64,000 nt of DNA from an uncultured Muribaculaceae bacterium (GCA_964447275.1 CAYURI010000001.1:2164-66163); one strand, 5' to 3'; positions 20,084 through 32,245 are shown, counted from the stretch's first letter. Numbers and translations are program-made. The notes: generated from the sequence alone by a model not told the origin.

Positions 20084-20663
20084 TAGCCTCTTTATTAATT
20101 TTCCTTTTTGCTTTCATACCACTAGCTTTATTTTTTAAATACTCAGTCAAATAATAATATAATTCTAACATTCTTTCAACATTTGCAGATGTTTCATTTA
20201 AATATATATTATCCCCAAATAATAAGCAGTATTCTCTTGGAACAATTGCTTCTCCTGTTTCTTCATCAAAGATTGTTTTAGGTAATTCATCTAAGTCAAT
20301 ATCTTTTGCCGATTTAGCAAATCCTTTTGAAAAAATAATTGATATTCTTTCTTCGTCTTGGCTAAAAGTTACTGTGCTTGGCATTTCATTATCCCTTGAT
20401 TTTTGAAAAGGATTTTCGCTTGATAGAGAAAATGATACTTGGTCTATGAAGAGAGGCATTAGCATTTCATATAATTCTTGATCTTCTAACGCATCAATTT
20501 CAATCAATATTTTGTGGTTATCAATATAACCATGATCATTTTCCATTAAATTAAAATAAACTCTGATATCACCATAAAGATCTATCTGAGCTGTTGCAAA
20601 GTTTTCTGCATCGCTGATTATTATTGTTTGTTCATGCTTTTTAACATTTACCATATACATCAC
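20070..20663 (-). CDS. Hypothetical protein
   Basis: 197 aa ORF with coding-like codon usage and no recognisable motif. Confidence 0.35.
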   Translation of the reverse strand: MMYMVNVKKHEQTIIISDAENFATAQIDLYGDIRVYFNLMENDHGYIDNHKILIEIDALEDQELYEMLMPLFIDQVSFSLSSENPFQKSRDNEMPSTVTFSQDEERISIIFSKGFAKSAKDIDLDELPKTIFDEETGEAIVPREYCLLFGDNIYLNETSANVERMLELYYYLTEYLKNKASGMKAKRKINKEAIDEN

Positions 20664-20738
20664 CTGTTAGTTACATATACTAACAAATAATATCGCTTTT
20701 GGCAACCAATATATGATAAAATTATATTGGTGATTTAA

Positions 20739-21836
20739 ATGAATGCAATTGGGATAATTTGTGAGTATAACCCTTTTCATAATGGTCATAAATATCATAT
20801 CCTTGAAGCTAAAGCGATTATCATTTTAGTCATAAATGGATATTTTTTAGAACGTGGTGAAGTAAGTATTTTAAGTAAAGAAGCCAAAACCAAAATCGCT
20901 TTAGATAATGGTGTTGAATTGGTTATCTCTCTACCTTTCTTTTATGGTAGTCAAAGCGCTGATAACTTTGCTTATGGAGCAATTAAAATATTAAATGAAT
21001 TTAAAATAAACGAATTAGTTTTTGGTAGTGAATCAAATGATATTAAAAAGTTAAAAAAACTAGCTAGAGAAGAAAAGAAGCTGAGTTTAAAAATTAAATT
21101 AAATCTTAAAAAAGGTTTTAGTTATCCTAAAGCACTTGGTGATTCTTATCAAGAAGAATTAAGTACTCCTAATGATTTACTTGGAGTTTCTTATATTAAA
21201 GCTATTAATAAAATCAATAAAAGGATTGTTCCTGTTACGATAAAAAGAACTAATAGCTATCATGATATTGATAGTAATGATGAAATAATAAGTGCTTCTA
21301 ATATTAGAAATAAAATTAATAAGAAAGAAGATATTACCAAGTATGTTCCTAAAGGGATTGGAGAACATATTGAAAATATTAATTTAAATGATTTATTCCC
21401 ATATCTAAAATACAAAATATTAACTGATGATCATTTAGAAGAATACCTAACAGTTGATGAAGGTATTCAAAACAAACTAATTAAAAATATTAATAAAGTA
21501 AATAACATTGAAGAATTAATAGAAAGTATTAAAAGTAAAAGATATACTTATAATAGACTTAAAAGAATGTTAGTACATATTTTAATTGGGCTTAAAAAAG
21601 ATGATGTTAAAAAATATAAAGAGTTAGATTATATCCAAATACTAGGTTTTAATAAACTTGGCCAAGTCTATTTAAATAAATTAAAGAATAAGAACGAAAT
21701 CAATCTTAAAACCAAAAATTATCAATCAATCATTTATAGATATGAAATAAAAAGTGCTAGTCTTTATAATTTAATTAGTAAAAATGATATATTAAAATTT
21801 GAAAACAGTCACAAACCAATAAAAAAATCACTTTAA
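20739..21836 (+). CDS. tmcAL: tRNA(Met) cytidine acetate ligase TmcAL (YlbM/UPF0348 nucleotidyltransferase)
   Basis: The N-terminal GIICEYNPFHNGHKYH motif is characteristic of the YlbM/TmcAL HIGH-type nucleotidyltransferase family. 365 aa. Confidence 0.6.
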   Translation: MNAIGIICEYNPFHNGHKYHILEAKAIIILVINGYFLERGEVSILSKEAKTKIALDNGVELVISLPFFYGSQSADNFAYGAIKILNEFKINELVFGSESNDIKKLKKLAREEKKLSLKIKLNLKKGFSYPKALGDSYQEELSTPNDLLGVSYIKAINKINKRIVPVTIKRTNSYHDIDSNDEIISASNIRNKINKKEDITKYVPKGIGEHIENINLNDLFPYLKYKILTDDHLEEYLTVDEGIQNKLIKNINKVNNIEELIESIKSKRYTYNRLKRMLVHILIGLKKDDVKKYKELDYIQILGFNKLGQVYLNKLKNKNEINLKTKNYQSIIYRYEIKSASLYNLISKNDILKFENSHKPIKKSL

Positions 21837-22498
21837 ACAAGTGATTTTATAATTTTATTTAATAGATACATTTTGTATTTTAATTTTATTGTCGTAATTA
21901 TCTGCTTTCTAGGCATTAATTTTAATAATTTTAAATAGCTATCTTTTAGATATTTAAAGTAACTTAGACTCTCTTTTTTAGTTTTTAAAATTGGTCCATA
22001 TAATAAATCTTCATAAGAATATTTCTTATAACCTTTTTTAAGCAGCATTGTTATATAGTATTTATTATTATCAAGAACAACACTTTCATCTTTAATATAA
22101 AAATTTATGTTACTTAAAAACTTTCTTAGTTCATAATGATTATTATTGGCTTGAATAATTATTTTCGTAATATTTTTTAATTTGTTTTTATTTTTTAAAA
22201 TATCAATAATGGTATAAGAACCTAATCCAGAGATAATAATTGTATCTATTTTATCATCTTTAATCGCTTCTAAGCCACTTTCTAGTACTGGATGAATAGC
22301 TTTAGTTAGCTTATGCTCTTTGATATTTAAAATAGCATTATTTAAAGCTTTAGGATTACTATCACTAACATAACAACTATCTATTATTTGGTTTTCAACT
22401 AAATAAATATCTAATAAAGCATGATCACAACCAATATCAATTAAATTATCACTACTATTAATAAAAAGAGCAATTTTTTCTAATCTTTTACTTATCAT
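21833..22498 (-). CDS. trmK: tRNA (adenine22-N1)-methyltransferase TrmK (YqfN)
   Basis: 221 aa with DIGCDHALLDIYL (TrmK class I MTase motif). It lies immediately downstream of sigA as in Bacillus (dnaG-sigA-yqfN). Confidence 0.65.
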   Translation of the reverse strand: MISKRLEKIALFINSSDNLIDIGCDHALLDIYLVENQIIDSCYVSDSNPKALNNAILNIKEHKLTKAIHPVLESGLEAIKDDKIDTIIISGLGSYTIIDILKNKNKLKNITKIIIQANNNHYELRKFLSNINFYIKDESVVLDNNKYYITMLLKKGYKKYSYEDLLYGPILKTKKESLSYFKYLKDSYLKLLKLMPRKQIITTIKLKYKMYLLNKIIKSLV

Positions 22499-23601
22499 TA
22501 GTCAAGTAAAAAGTCCTTTAACTTTTTGGCACGAGAAGGATGTCTAAGTTTTCTTAAAGCTTTAGCTTCAATTTGTCTTATTCTTTCTCTTGTAACATTA
22601 AACTTCTTGCCAACTTCTTCTAAAGTGTGACAAGTTCCATCAATTAAACCAAAACGTAGTTCTAATACTTCTTGTTCTCTTTCTTGAAGAGTAAGTAAAA
22701 CACTTTTAATTTCTTCTTTTAAGATTTCATTGGTAGCATAATCTTCTGGACTCATATTTCTTTCATCAGGAACAAAGTCACCTAAATGAGAATCTTCTTC
22801 CTCACCAATTGGGGTTTCTAAAGATACTGGATCTTGACTTATTTTAATTATTTCATTTACTTTTTCAACTGATATTCCCATTTTTTTAGCAAGTTCATCT
22901 TCTGATGGTTCTCTATTTAGTTCTAGAGTCATTTGACGTTGGATACGCGCCATTTTATTAATGGTTTCAACCATGTGAACCGGGACTCTAATTGTTCTTG
23001 CTTGGTCAGCTAAAGCCCTTGTAATAGCTTGTCTAATCCACCAAGTAGCATAAGTAGAAAATTTATAACCTTTATCGCAGTCAAACTTTTCTACTGCTTT
23101 CATTAAACCAATGTTGCCTTCTTGAATTAAATCAAGAAATAATAGCCCTCTACCAACATATCTTTTGGCAATTGAAACAACTAAACGAAGATTTGATTCC
23201 GCAAGAAGTCTTTTCGCCTCAGCATCCCCACTAGCTACTCTTACTGATAAATTCATTTCTTCTTCATTAGAAAGTAAACTAATACGACCAATTTCTTTTA
23301 AATACATTCTTACTGGATCATTAATGGTAATATCTTTAGCAATTACTTCATCTTCAAGAATTAAAGGATGATCGTCTTTTTCAATTAACCCGCCTTCTTC
23401 ACCTTCGTCACCTTCATTAGCAACAACACTAATATTGTTTTCAGCTAAAAAGTTATATAAATCATCTAAAGAATCAGCATCAATTTCTAATCCTTTGACA
23501 TTATCAGCTAATTCTTCAAAAGTAATAAAGCCTTTTTCTTTACCTTTTTTTAATAAATCTTTCTTTCTTTCATCAAATGTTTTAATTTTTGCAATCATCA
23601 T
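22498..23601 (-). CDS. sigA: Primary sigma factor RpoD/SigA
   Basis: 367 aa. Regions 1.2 to 4.2 are recognisable ([38 protein letters not shown]...[20 protein letters not shown]). Confidence 0.92.
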   Translation of the reverse strand: MMIAKIKTFDERKKDLLKKGKEKGFITFEELADNVKGLEIDADSLDDLYNFLAENNISVVANEGDEGEEGGLIEKDDHPLILEDEVIAKDITINDPVRMYLKEIGRISLLSNEEEMNLSVRVASGDAEAKRLLAESNLRLVVSIAKRYVGRGLLFLDLIQEGNIGLMKAVEKFDCDKGYKFSTYATWWIRQAITRALADQARTIRVPVHMVETINKMARIQRQMTLELNREPSEDELAKKMGISVEKVNEIIKISQDPVSLETPIGEEEDSHLGDFVPDERNMSPEDYATNEILKEEIKSVLLTLQEREQEVLELRFGLIDGTCHTLEEVGKKFNVTRERIRQIEAKALRKLRHPSRAKKLKDFLLD

Positions 23602-25337
23602 TCTACCTCTTTCTTTAGTTCCGTTATTTTATTTGCAATTTCGACTTTTTTATTAATATCAAGTTCATTTTTTAGTCTTTCTTTTAATTTAATAATTTCT
23701 TGTTTCGTAATATATTCTTTAATTATTTTTATGTATAACTCCATTTCACTTGTTACAAACTCACTATCATCATTTTCACTAATAATATTTAAGACTTTTT
23801 TATAAATTACTTCTTTATTATTAACAAAAGAAATAAAGTCTGCCACATTAATAATTTTATTTAAATCATAAAAATATATTATTTCATTAGCAATATTACG
23901 ATACTCTGAAAAAGGAATAAATCCTAACTGGCGTTGATACATCTTAATATATAAGCGATCATTCATCATATAATAAAGTAACTTCTCACAAGCTTGCTCA
24001 TATTTATCTTTTCTTTTTACTTCTTCTTTGACAACTTTAGGAGCAATTATTGGTTTTACAACTTTACCTAATTTTTCTTTTAAAATATTTATTTCAATTT
24101 GATAATCTTTACTTAGTTTTTGAATCGTTATTTCTTTTAAAATCTCATCTTTTTCTTTTTTTAAAGACTCTAAGATTTCATTAATATATTTTGCTAAATC
24201 ACTAGAATTATTTAAGTCTTTATTATTTTTAAAATAAATGATTTTAAAGTCAAAATATTTTATTAATGATTTTAAATTCTTATCAAAAGCTTCTTTCGTA
24301 AACTTCTTAATATACTCATCTGGGTCTTTAGCATCACTTAATCTTATTACGTATACTTCTAGGCCATTTTTAGTAAGTTCTTCACCCATATGATAAGTAG
24401 CTTCAAAACCAGCTTTATCATTATCTAAACAAAGAATGATTTTTACTTTTAATTTCTTTAATAATTCAACTTGTTCTTTAGTAAGGCTTGTTCCACCCGT
24501 TGCGACGACATTTTTAAATCCTTCACTATAAAGCCTTATAGCATCCATTTGGCCTTCTACCACTATTACGTTTTTTTCTCTTTTAATACTTTCTTTAGCG
24601 AGAAAATAATTATATAGAGTATCACCTTTTTTAAATATAATTGTTTCTTTGGTATTAACATACTTAGCAATATCTTCATTACGATAAATGCGTCCGGTAA
24701 AACCAATCGTCTCTCCTTCTGGATTATGCAAAGGAATTATGATTCTCCCAAATAGTTGATCAAAAGAACTTCTTTCACCTTGAGCTAAAACACCTAAATC
24801 AAGCAAGGTTTTCTCATCATAGCCTTTACTAAGAAGGACTTTTTTTAAAGCATCTTTTTCATCACTAGATACACCAATTTGAAAATCATTTAAAACTTCT
24901 TCCGCAAAACCTCTACCTAATAAATAGTTCTTGGCAGCTAAGCCATGTTGAGTTTTTAAATTATTTTGATAATACTTTGATGCCACTTCCATAATTTCAT
25001 AATATTTTTGAAATTTATTATCGCCTTTAGGTTTATTAAGTGGTATAGAAAGTGTTATGCCAGCTTTATTAGCGACAATATTAACTGCTTCAATAAAAGA
25101 AACATTTTCATATTCTTCAACAAAAGTAAAAACATTTCCTGAAGCTCCACAAGTAAAACATTTATATATCTGTTTTTCACTACTAACACTCATACTAGGA
25201 TTATGATCATCATGAAATGGACAGACACCAAAAAAGTTTCTTCCCTTTTTAGTTAAAGGAATATAACTACTAATTATATCGATAATATCTACAGAAGTTC
25301 TTATTTTATTAATTTCTTCTTGGTTAATATAACTCAT
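23598..25337 (-). CDS. dnaG: DNA primase DnaG
   Basis: 579 aa. CHC2 zinc finger ([22 protein letters not shown]), TOPRIM (VVEGQMD, LDNDKAG) and the dnaG-sigA operon context. Confidence 0.9.
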   Translation of the reverse strand: MSYINQEEINKIRTSVDIIDIISSYIPLTKKGRNFFGVCPFHDDHNPSMSVSSEKQIYKCFTCGASGNVFTFVEEYENVSFIEAVNIVANKAGITLSIPLNKPKGDNKFQKYYEIMEVASKYYQNNLKTQHGLAAKNYLLGRGFAEEVLNDFQIGVSSDEKDALKKVLLSKGYDEKTLLDLGVLAQGERSSFDQLFGRIIIPLHNPEGETIGFTGRIYRNEDIAKYVNTKETIIFKKGDTLYNYFLAKESIKREKNVIVVEGQMDAIRLYSEGFKNVVATGGTSLTKEQVELLKKLKVKIILCLDNDKAGFEATYHMGEELTKNGLEVYVIRLSDAKDPDEYIKKFTKEAFDKNLKSLIKYFDFKIIYFKNNKDLNNSSDLAKYINEILESLKKEKDEILKEITIQKLSKDYQIEINILKEKLGKVVKPIIAPKVVKEEVKRKDKYEQACEKLLYYMMNDRLYIKMYQRQLGFIPFSEYRNIANEIIYFYDLNKIINVADFISFVNNKEVIYKKVLNIISENDDSEFVTSEMELYIKIIKEYITKQEIIKLKERLKNELDINKKVEIANKITELKKEVE

Positions 25338-25399
25338 TATTTACCTCTAACTATATATATACGCGTTTATAGTCATTTTTCCTTTTTTAGAAGCTTATT

Positions 25400-25440
25400 T
25401 TATCAAAAAAAGTCATTTTTTCAAACAAAAATGACTTTTT
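25400..25440 (-). terminator. Terminator after uvrC
   Basis: 12-bp stem AAAAGTCATTTT-ttcaaac-AAAATGACTTTT immediately 3' of the uvrC stop. Confidence 0.5.
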
Positions 25441-27200
25441 TAATAATTATTTAAGTAATTTATTAAATTTTTACTAACTTCTTCTGGTAATATTTCTTGC
25501 AACTCTTTTAATGATGCTTCTTTCATCTTAGTAATACTGCCATATTTTTTAATTAATATTTTTTTTCTTTTTAAACCAACTCCTGGTATTTCATCTAATA
25601 CACTTGCAATACTTCCTTTGCTTCTAATCTCTCTGTGATAGCTAATTGTGAAGCGATGTACTTCATCTTGAATATTAGTTAAGTAATAAAATAAATTACT
25701 ATCTTTAGAAATTTCTAATTCTTCTAAAGTATCCCCATCAATTAAGTTACTTGTTTTATGTTTATCATTTTTCTTTAAACCACAGACTTTAATATCTAAA
25801 TGCAAGCTATTTAATATCTCTTTGCAGGCATTAATTTGATTAATCCCACCATCAACAATAATTAAATCTGGTGCTTCTAGTTTTTCTAATAAAACTTTAT
25901 AATATCTTCGGTATATTACTTCTTTCATAATATTATAATCATCTGGTTTTTCTAAACAGATTTTATATTTACGATATTCTTTTTTAGCCGGATAACCATT
26001 TTTATAAACAACCATTCCACTTACTGAGTAATTACCAAATAAATTAGAGTTATCAAAAATATCGATTCTGTCTAATTGATCTAGCTCTAACAATTGTTTT
26101 AATTCTTCGTTAGCTAGTTCACTTTTATTTTCATCTTTTTTAATTAATTCAAACTTATTAGCTAAATTAATCTTGGCATTTTTTAAAGCCATATCAAGTA
26201 ACTTCTTCTTCTCACCTTTTAAAGCTTTAATAAACTTTGTATTAATTAAAGCTTCTAAGACTTCATTATTTAATTTATCATTTATTAAGATTGTTTTAGG
26301 TATTTCATGACGTTCATAAAACAAAGCAATGTAAGACTCCATATCTTCTAATTCAGTATTAATAATTGGTAAGATATCATTATAACTACCAACTATCTTA
26401 GAGTTTCTAATAAAAAATATCTGCATACTAAGATACCCTTTATCAAAATAATAATTAATCACATCTAAATCTTTAATATTTAAAAGTTCTACACGTTGTT
26501 TTGATAAAACAATATTCATATAATCTAATTCTTCTTTTAGTTCTTTAGCAACTTCATAATTTAAATTATCACTATGAAAATTAATCTTTTCTAAGATTTT
26601 ATTTTTTATTAAAGTATCGTCCCCTTTTAAAAAGTTAGTTATCTCTTCAATCATTTTATTAATAACATCATTTTCTATTTTATTAACACAGTACCCTAGA
26701 CATTCACCAATATGATAATATAAACAAAGTTCTTTAGGGTTTCCTACACATTTTTTAAGCGGATACAACCTATTTAATAATTTAACCATTCTTCTTGCCG
26801 CATAAACATTTTGAAAAGGACCAAATAATTCATTATTTTTATTTTTCTTTAATTTTAAATACCTAGATACTTTTAATACTGGGTATGGCGCTTTTATTAA
26901 TTCAATATAAGGATAACTCTTATCATCTTTAAGTAAAATATTATACTTAGGATTATATTTTTTAATTAAATTAAGTTCTAAGATAAATGCTTCTAATTCG
27001 GAATTAGTAACAATATAAGTAAAATCATCTATTTCACTAACTAATTTAGCTGTCTTACCAGTTTGTTTATCATTAAAATAACTATTTACTCTACTACGCA
27101 AGTCTTTAGCTTTGCCAACATATATAATAACCCCATTTTTATTTTTCATTTGATAACTACCAGGTAAATGCGGTATTAAATCTAACTTATCTTTAAGCAT
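25440..27200 (-). CDS. uvrC: Excinuclease ABC subunit C UvrC
   Basis: 586 aa. N-terminal GIY-YIG (PGSYQMKN...IYVGKAKDLRSRV), UvrBC-interaction region and a C-terminal RNaseH-like/HhH endonuclease domain. Confidence 0.9.
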   Translation of the reverse strand: MLKDKLDLIPHLPGSYQMKNKNGVIIYVGKAKDLRSRVNSYFNDKQTGKTAKLVSEIDDFTYIVTNSELEAFILELNLIKKYNPKYNILLKDDKSYPYIELIKAPYPVLKVSRYLKLKKNKNNELFGPFQNVYAARRMVKLLNRLYPLKKCVGNPKELCLYYHIGECLGYCVNKIENDVINKMIEEITNFLKGDDTLIKNKILEKINFHSDNLNYEVAKELKEELDYMNIVLSKQRVELLNIKDLDVINYYFDKGYLSMQIFFIRNSKIVGSYNDILPIINTELEDMESYIALFYERHEIPKTILINDKLNNEVLEALINTKFIKALKGEKKKLLDMALKNAKINLANKFELIKKDENKSELANEELKQLLELDQLDRIDIFDNSNLFGNYSVSGMVVYKNGYPAKKEYRKYKICLEKPDDYNIMKEVIYRRYYKVLLEKLEAPDLIIVDGGINQINACKEILNSLHLDIKVCGLKKNDKHKTSNLIDGDTLEELEISKDSNLFYYLTNIQDEVHRFTISYHREIRSKGSIASVLDEIPGVGLKRKKILIKKYGSITKMKEASLKELQEILPEEVSKNLINYLNNY

Positions 27201-27272
27201 ATTATCACCTACTTATAAATATTATACTATATTATTATTAATATTTTGATTATAATTAGCTTGGTGAATTAT

Positions 27273-27620
27273 ATGAAATTATTAAATACCATAACTTTAG
27301 AAATTAAAAAATCAAAGTTTATTGCTTACTATTATGAAATAGAAGATATTTTAGAAATAAAAGATATCATTAATAATCTTAAAAAAGAACATAAAAAAGC
27401 AGTACACTATCCATATGCTTATAAAATAGATAACATTGTTAAAAAAAGTGATGATAAAGAACCTAGTAACACAGCAGGTACACCAATATTAAATATCATA
27501 GAAAAAAACAGTCTTAATAACTGTTTAATTGTTGTTGTAAGATATTTTGGTGGTATTAAACTTGGTACTGGTGGTTTATATAGAGCTTATATGGATAGTA
27601 CCAAGGAAGTTATAAAATAA
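27273..27620 (+). CDS. YigZ/IMPACT-family N-terminal domain protein (short form)
   Basis: RYFGGIKLGTGGL is the IMPACT/UPF0029 signature. Only about 115-124 aa, so the usual C-terminal DUF1949 domain is absent. The start is probably MKLLNT at 27273; the ORF track begins at 27246. Confidence 0.5.
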   Translation: MKLLNTITLEIKKSKFIAYYYEIEDILEIKDIINNLKKEHKKAVHYPYAYKIDNIVKKSDDKEPSNTAGTPILNIIEKNSLNNCLIVVVRYFGGIKLGTGGLYRAYMDSTKEVIK

Positions 27621-27624
27621 GTCT

Positions 27625-27906
27625 CTAACATGACATATGCTTTTGCATTTCTGTAATATATTTATCAATTCCTTTTTGAGTGATTCTATATTTTATTTCT
27701 TCTATTGAATCTTTACCAAATTTAATTTTTTTCTTTAGAACTTGTAAAAGCCTTTTATCATTTAATAGCCCCAAGGCAACTTTAACATCATCTCTTTGTA
27801 AATCTGCCATTTTTCTAATTTTTTGTTCCGACCAGCCATTATTTTTTGCAACATTTGCAATATTTGCATATAATAGCTCTAAAATTTTTAGCTGTGTTTC
27901 ATTCAT
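27625..27906 (-). CDS. Small winged-helix-like hypothetical protein
   Basis: 93 aa basic protein. The QLKILELL...WSEQKIRKMADL pattern resembles an HTH. A membrane-protein gene lies immediately downstream. Confidence 0.3.
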   Translation of the reverse strand: MNETQLKILELLYANIANVAKNNGWSEQKIRKMADLQRDDVKVALGLLNDKRLLQVLKKKIKFGKDSIEEIKYRITQKGIDKYITEMQKHMSC

Positions 27907-27918
27907 AAATCCTCCTTT

Positions 27919-28716
27919 CTACTTATCGTCTTCTATAAAAGCATCAATATAATAGGCTTTTTTGAGTTCTTTTTTATATAACAAGCCTAAATTTGTTCCC
28001 CTAGTAGTTGGCGTTACTATAATAGTGTGTTCTGAAACATTAACAACCTTAAAAATATTTTTTGTTTCAACATTTATGGTGATTCTAATTTTCAAGGATT
28101 TTAATATATTATTTATATTACTTTCACTATCAATCAATATTATTGGCAAAAAATAGGTATCATTTTTTTCATCATTTTTTTCAAGTATAACATTAAGCAA
28201 GTCAACATTTTCATATTTTAATTCTTTTTTCCAAATATAATTACCATCTTTCATATCTGGATCTATTTGAAAAATAGCTTTTGTCACTTTTGCTGATTTT
28301 AAAGGTCTCCCTTCTAAATCCTTTACTTCAAAAATAAATCTAAAGTATTTATCTTTTGATTCTGTTAATTCATAGTCTATATTTTTTAAAATATTCCCAT
28401 AATCTTTTGTTAAATATTTTTTTTTAAATTGAAAATAGTGGTTATCATCCATGTCTATTTTAGAATAACAAGTAGTAATTGTATTGTTCTCAACAATTTT
28501 CTTGTTAATATCATTTAATCTATTGTTTTGCTTAATCGAAACATTTGCTAGTATTAAAGTTGCAACAAAAGATAAATATCCACCAACAAAGGCTAGCCAG
28601 TCAAAGTTAAAGGTAAATGGAATAATTTTTGAAATATTCATTAAATCTAATATTAAAATAAATGCAGGTATAACAAGTATAATTGTGAAAATTTTTATAT
28701 TTAAATTCTTTTTCAT
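27919..28716 (-). CDS. Hypothetical membrane-anchored protein (2 N-terminal TM + extracytoplasmic domain)
   Basis: 265 aa. Two hydrophobic helices in the first 60 aa and no conserved motif. Confidence 0.35.
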   Translation of the reverse strand: MKKNLNIKIFTIILVIPAFILILDLMNISKIIPFTFNFDWLAFVGGYLSFVATLILANVSIKQNNRLNDINKKIVENNTITTCYSKIDMDDNHYFQFKKKYLTKDYGNILKNIDYELTESKDKYFRFIFEVKDLEGRPLKSAKVTKAIFQIDPDMKDGNYIWKKELKYENVDLLNVILEKNDEKNDTYFLPIILIDSESNINNILKSLKIRITINVETKNIFKVVNVSEHTIIVTPTTRGTNLGLLYKKELKKAYYIDAFIEDDK

Positions 28717-29912
28717 AACAACTCCCTCACTTCTTTTTTTATCTCTTTAACATTTTTTTCTTTATGTAATGTTTCTGATATTAGTTCTGCTACCTTCTTA
28801 AATTCTTTTTCTTTAAATCCAAGGGTTGTCATCGCTGGTGTACCAAGTCTTATCCCACTAGCCTTAGATGGTGGTAATTGATCATTAGGAATGGTGTTTT
28901 TATTACAGATAATATTTACTTTTGTAAGTAGTTCTTCGGCTTCTTTACCACTTAGATTGCATGAAGACATAACATCTACTAGGATTAAGTGATTATCTGT
29001 TCCACCTGTTATGATTTTAAAACCTAGTTTAGTTAGTTCTTCACTAAGTACTTTAGCATTTTTTAACACTTGGTGTTGATAAGTTATAAAGTCTTTTTGC
29101 ATAGCTTCATAAAAACACTCGGCTTTAGCTCCAATAACATGCATTAATGGTCCACCTTGAATACCAGGAAATACCACTTTATTTATTTTAGTAATAATTT
29201 CTTCGTTATTAGTTAAAATTATACCACCTCTTGGACCTCTTAAAGTCTTATGAGTGGTAGATGTAACTATATCTGCATAAGGAATTGGTGAGGGATGTAA
29301 GTTAGTAGCAACAAGACCAGCGATATGAGCCATATCAACCATTAAATAAGCATTTGCTTTTTTAGCTATTTCACTAAACTTTTTAAAATCAATGGTACGA
29401 GAATAAGCACTAGCTCCCGCAATTATTAATACTGGTTTTTCTCTTAAAGCTAAAGCTTCTAACTCTTGATAATCAATAAAACCATTTTGATCGACTGAGT
29501 AGTTTATAATTTCATAGTCTTCACCACTAAAATTAATCGGATGACCATGAGTTAAATGTCCACCATCAGATAGTTTCATACTAAGAATTTTATCACCTGG
29601 TTTAATTAGTGCTCTTAATGCTGCCATATTAGCAGAACTGCCACTATGAGGTTGAACATTAGCAAATTTACATTTAAATAGTTTACAAGCATACTCAATT
29701 GCTAAGTTTTCTATTACATCAACATTTTCACAACCAGCATAATATCTTTTACCAGGATAGCCTTCGGCATATTTGTTAGTAAAGATTGATCCTTGTAATT
29801 TTAGTATATCTTTTGATACATAGTTTTCACTAGCTATTAACATAATAGTGCTTTTTTGTCTTTTTGTTTCTTTTAATAAAGCTTGTTTTATTTTTTTATC
29901 CATTTTTATCAC
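28713..29912 (-). CDS. glyA: Serine hydroxymethyltransferase GlyA
   Basis: 399 aa with the PLP-lysine region [14 protein letters not shown] and GGHLTHG typical of SHMT. Confidence 0.92.
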   Translation of the reverse strand: MIKMDKKIKQALLKETKRQKSTIMLIASENYVSKDILKLQGSIFTNKYAEGYPGKRYYAGCENVDVIENLAIEYACKLFKCKFANVQPHSGSSANMAALRALIKPGDKILSMKLSDGGHLTHGHPINFSGEDYEIINYSVDQNGFIDYQELEALALREKPVLIIAGASAYSRTIDFKKFSEIAKKANAYLMVDMAHIAGLVATNLHPSPIPYADIVTSTTHKTLRGPRGGIILTNNEEIITKINKVVFPGIQGGPLMHVIGAKAECFYEAMQKDFITYQHQVLKNAKVLSEELTKLGFKIITGGTDNHLILVDVMSSCNLSGKEAEELLTKVNIICNKNTIPNDQLPPSKASGIRLGTPAMTTLGFKEKEFKKVAELISETLHKEKNVKEIKKEVRELL

Positions 29913-30717
29913 CTTTTTCTTTTTTTAATACCCAGAAAACTGTATCTCCGAAAAATTCAATTGAACTTTGACTCTCCTCCGAAATTTTATAAGAATATTC
30001 ATATTCTACAATTTTAAATGGTTGATTATAAATAAACTTTTTCATTTCATCAATAGTAGAAAAATGAATAAAAGCTTCTTCTCCCGCTGGATCCGTTGTG
30101 ATTAAATCGCCTAAACATTCTACCTTTTGATTATTAATCCCTTTGCTCCAATCTTTTTCAATTTTTTGCCAAAAAGGCAAATATTCGATTCCTTTTGGAT
30201 CATGTCTATCATGAGCTGTAAAAATATAATAACCACCCGGTTTTAAAACCCTATAAACCTCTTTTAAAACGTTTTCTCTATTTTGTAGCCCAGGAATACA
30301 TTGCATTCCATTAAATGAAAATATAACTACATCAAAAGTATTATCATCATAATTTAAATTGGTTGCATCACCAACTACAAAATCAATACTTAGCCCTTTT
30401 GACAAAGAATAGTTTTTAGCATATTCAATTAATTTATTCGCTATATCTAAACCTATAATATTTTGATACCCGTTTCTATATAAATTAATTGTTGTTCTGC
30501 CAGCACCACACCCTAAATCTAGTATTTTGTCAGTTTTATTTATATACTTACTGAAAATTATTTTTTCTGAATTCCATAATCCAATATTATCTATAGCATT
30601 TCCATAGCGTTTTATATTGGCATCTAAATTATACTGATTTGTTGTATATTCCAAATTTTTATCCATTTTTATCACCTTTTTCATTATATAATAATTAACC
30701 AAATAAAAAAAGTGCAT
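29896..30717 (-). CDS. Class I SAM-dependent methyltransferase
   Basis: [15 protein letters not shown] is SAM-binding motif I, with a motif II/III pattern downstream. The start is likely at an internal Met (MKKVIK or MDKNLEY). Confidence 0.6.
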   Translation of the reverse strand: MHFFYLVNYYIMKKVIKMDKNLEYTTNQYNLDANIKRYGNAIDNIGLWNSEKIIFSKYINKTDKILDLGCGAGRTTINLYRNGYQNIIGLDIANKLIEYAKNYSLSKGLSIDFVVGDATNLNYDDNTFDVVIFSFNGMQCIPGLQNRENVLKEVYRVLKPGGYYIFTAHDRHDPKGIEYLPFWQKIEKDWSKGINNQKVECLGDLITTDPAGEEAFIHFSTIDEMKKFIYNQPFKIVEYEYSYKISEESQSSIEFFGDTVFWVLKKEKGDKNG

Positions 30718-30723
30718 TGCACT

Positions 30724-31347
30724 TTAATTATTACATGTCTCACAAACATTATCAGTAACTTGAGTCATTAAGTCTCTTAATTTAGTTTTTAAAGCATCCA
30801 TTCTTTCTACTGTCCAGTAGTCTCCTGGAGCACTAAAACCTAATGTATCATAAGAAGTTTCATTATTATGACCAATAATTACACCATCTTTGACAAAAGT
30901 AACATCAGGAACATAAATTCTTTTGTTACCTTCTTCATCATTAGCTAAATTATCACCTAATAGGGAAACTATTTCTTTGTAATTACTAGTATTATTTGTT
31001 CTATCTTCTTTGATATCAAAATAATATATTTCTTTAACACCAATTTGTTTAGCAACATCATTTAACATTGGTGTATAAGCTTGGCACCAAGCACATTCAG
31101 GAAATCCTAAATATACTACACCAGTACCACTTTTTAATACTTCAATTATTTCCTTAGCAGTTTTATAAACAAAAACATTATCTTTACTAACTGAAGTGTA
31201 TTCTTTATTAAATTTTACGGCATCAGTTTCTTTGGCTTTATCATTATCATTTTTAAATCCAATAATTATAAATGCCACTAGCATGATAATTCCTAAAGAT
31301 ATTTTTATAATTCCCGAAATGAATTTTTTCTTATCTTTTATTTTCAT
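30724..31347 (-). CDS. Membrane-anchored thioredoxin-fold protein (CxxC)
   Basis: 207 aa. N-terminal TM anchor and FPECAWCQ (CxxC) in a thioredoxin-like context. Confidence 0.45.
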   Translation of the reverse strand: MKIKDKKKFISGIIKISLGIIMLVAFIIIGFKNDNDKAKETDAVKFNKEYTSVSKDNVFVYKTAKEIIEVLKSGTGVVYLGFPECAWCQAYTPMLNDVAKQIGVKEIYYFDIKEDRTNNTSNYKEIVSLLGDNLANDEEGNKRIYVPDVTFVKDGVIIGHNNETSYDTLGFSAPGDYWTVERMDALKTKLRDLMTQVTDNVCETCNN

Positions 31348-31364
31348 TTTCTGCTCCTTAATAA

Positions 31365-32234
31365 TTAACTTATTTGTTTCATTACTTCAGCAGCGAAGTC
31401 TTCACTTCTTTTTTCTAATCCTTCGCCTACTTCATAACGAATCATACTTACTAATTCTCCACCATTGTTAGTTACATATGTTTTTATATCAATACTATTT
31501 TCTTTAATAAAAGCTTGATCTGCTAAGCAAATCTCTTGGAAGTATTTTCTAATTCTACCTTCAACCATTTTTTCTGCTATATCAGCTGGTTTACCTTCAT
31601 TAATAGCTTGTTCTTTTAAGACTTCTTTTTCTCTATTAACTTCATCAGCTGGCACATCTTTAGAAAATAAATAACTTGGTTTCATTGCCGCAGCTTGCAT
31701 TGCAACATCTTTGGCAACTGCTTCATTAGCACCCTTTAATACTATTAAAGTTGCTATTCTGCCACCTAAATGAAGATATGGTCCAAAGACTTCTTCATCA
31801 CTTTTAGTAACAATCTCAAATCTTCTAAATGATAATTTCTCACCAATTTTTGATGTTTTAGCGATTATTAAATCACCAATTGTACTATCAGTAGTTTTAA
31901 CTTGATTAGCTTCTTCAATAGTCTTAGCATCACTTTTAAGTAATGCATTTCCTATTTCATCAAGCATATTTTTAAATTCTTCATTTTGACTAACAAAGTC
32001 AGTTTCAGAGTTTATCTCTAATATAACCGCTTTATTACCATCAACATAAATGTTTGCTAAGCCTTCAGAGGCAATTCTACTTGCTTTCTTATTAGCTTTA
32101 GCAATTCCTTTTTCTCTTAGATAGTCCATAGCTTTTGTAATATCACCGTTAGTTTCTGCTAAAGCAGCCTTACAGTCCATCATTCCAGCTCCAGATGCTT
32201 CTCTAAGTTCTTTTACTAAACTTGCACTTATCAT
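31365..32234 (-). CDS. tsf: Elongation factor Ts
   Basis: 289 aa. The N-terminal UBA-like motif LVKELREASGAGMMDCKAAL is diagnostic. It lies downstream of rpsB. Confidence 0.92.
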   Translation of the reverse strand: MISASLVKELREASGAGMMDCKAALAETNGDITKAMDYLREKGIAKANKKASRIASEGLANIYVDGNKAVILEINSETDFVSQNEEFKNMLDEIGNALLKSDAKTIEEANQVKTTDSTIGDLIIAKTSKIGEKLSFRRFEIVTKSDEEVFGPYLHLGGRIATLIVLKGANEAVAKDVAMQAAAMKPSYLFSKDVPADEVNREKEVLKEQAINEGKPADIAEKMVEGRIRKYFQEICLADQAFIKENSIDIKTYVTNNGGELVSMIRYEVGEGLEKRSEDFAAEVMKQIS

Positions 32235-32245
32235 ATATACCTTCC

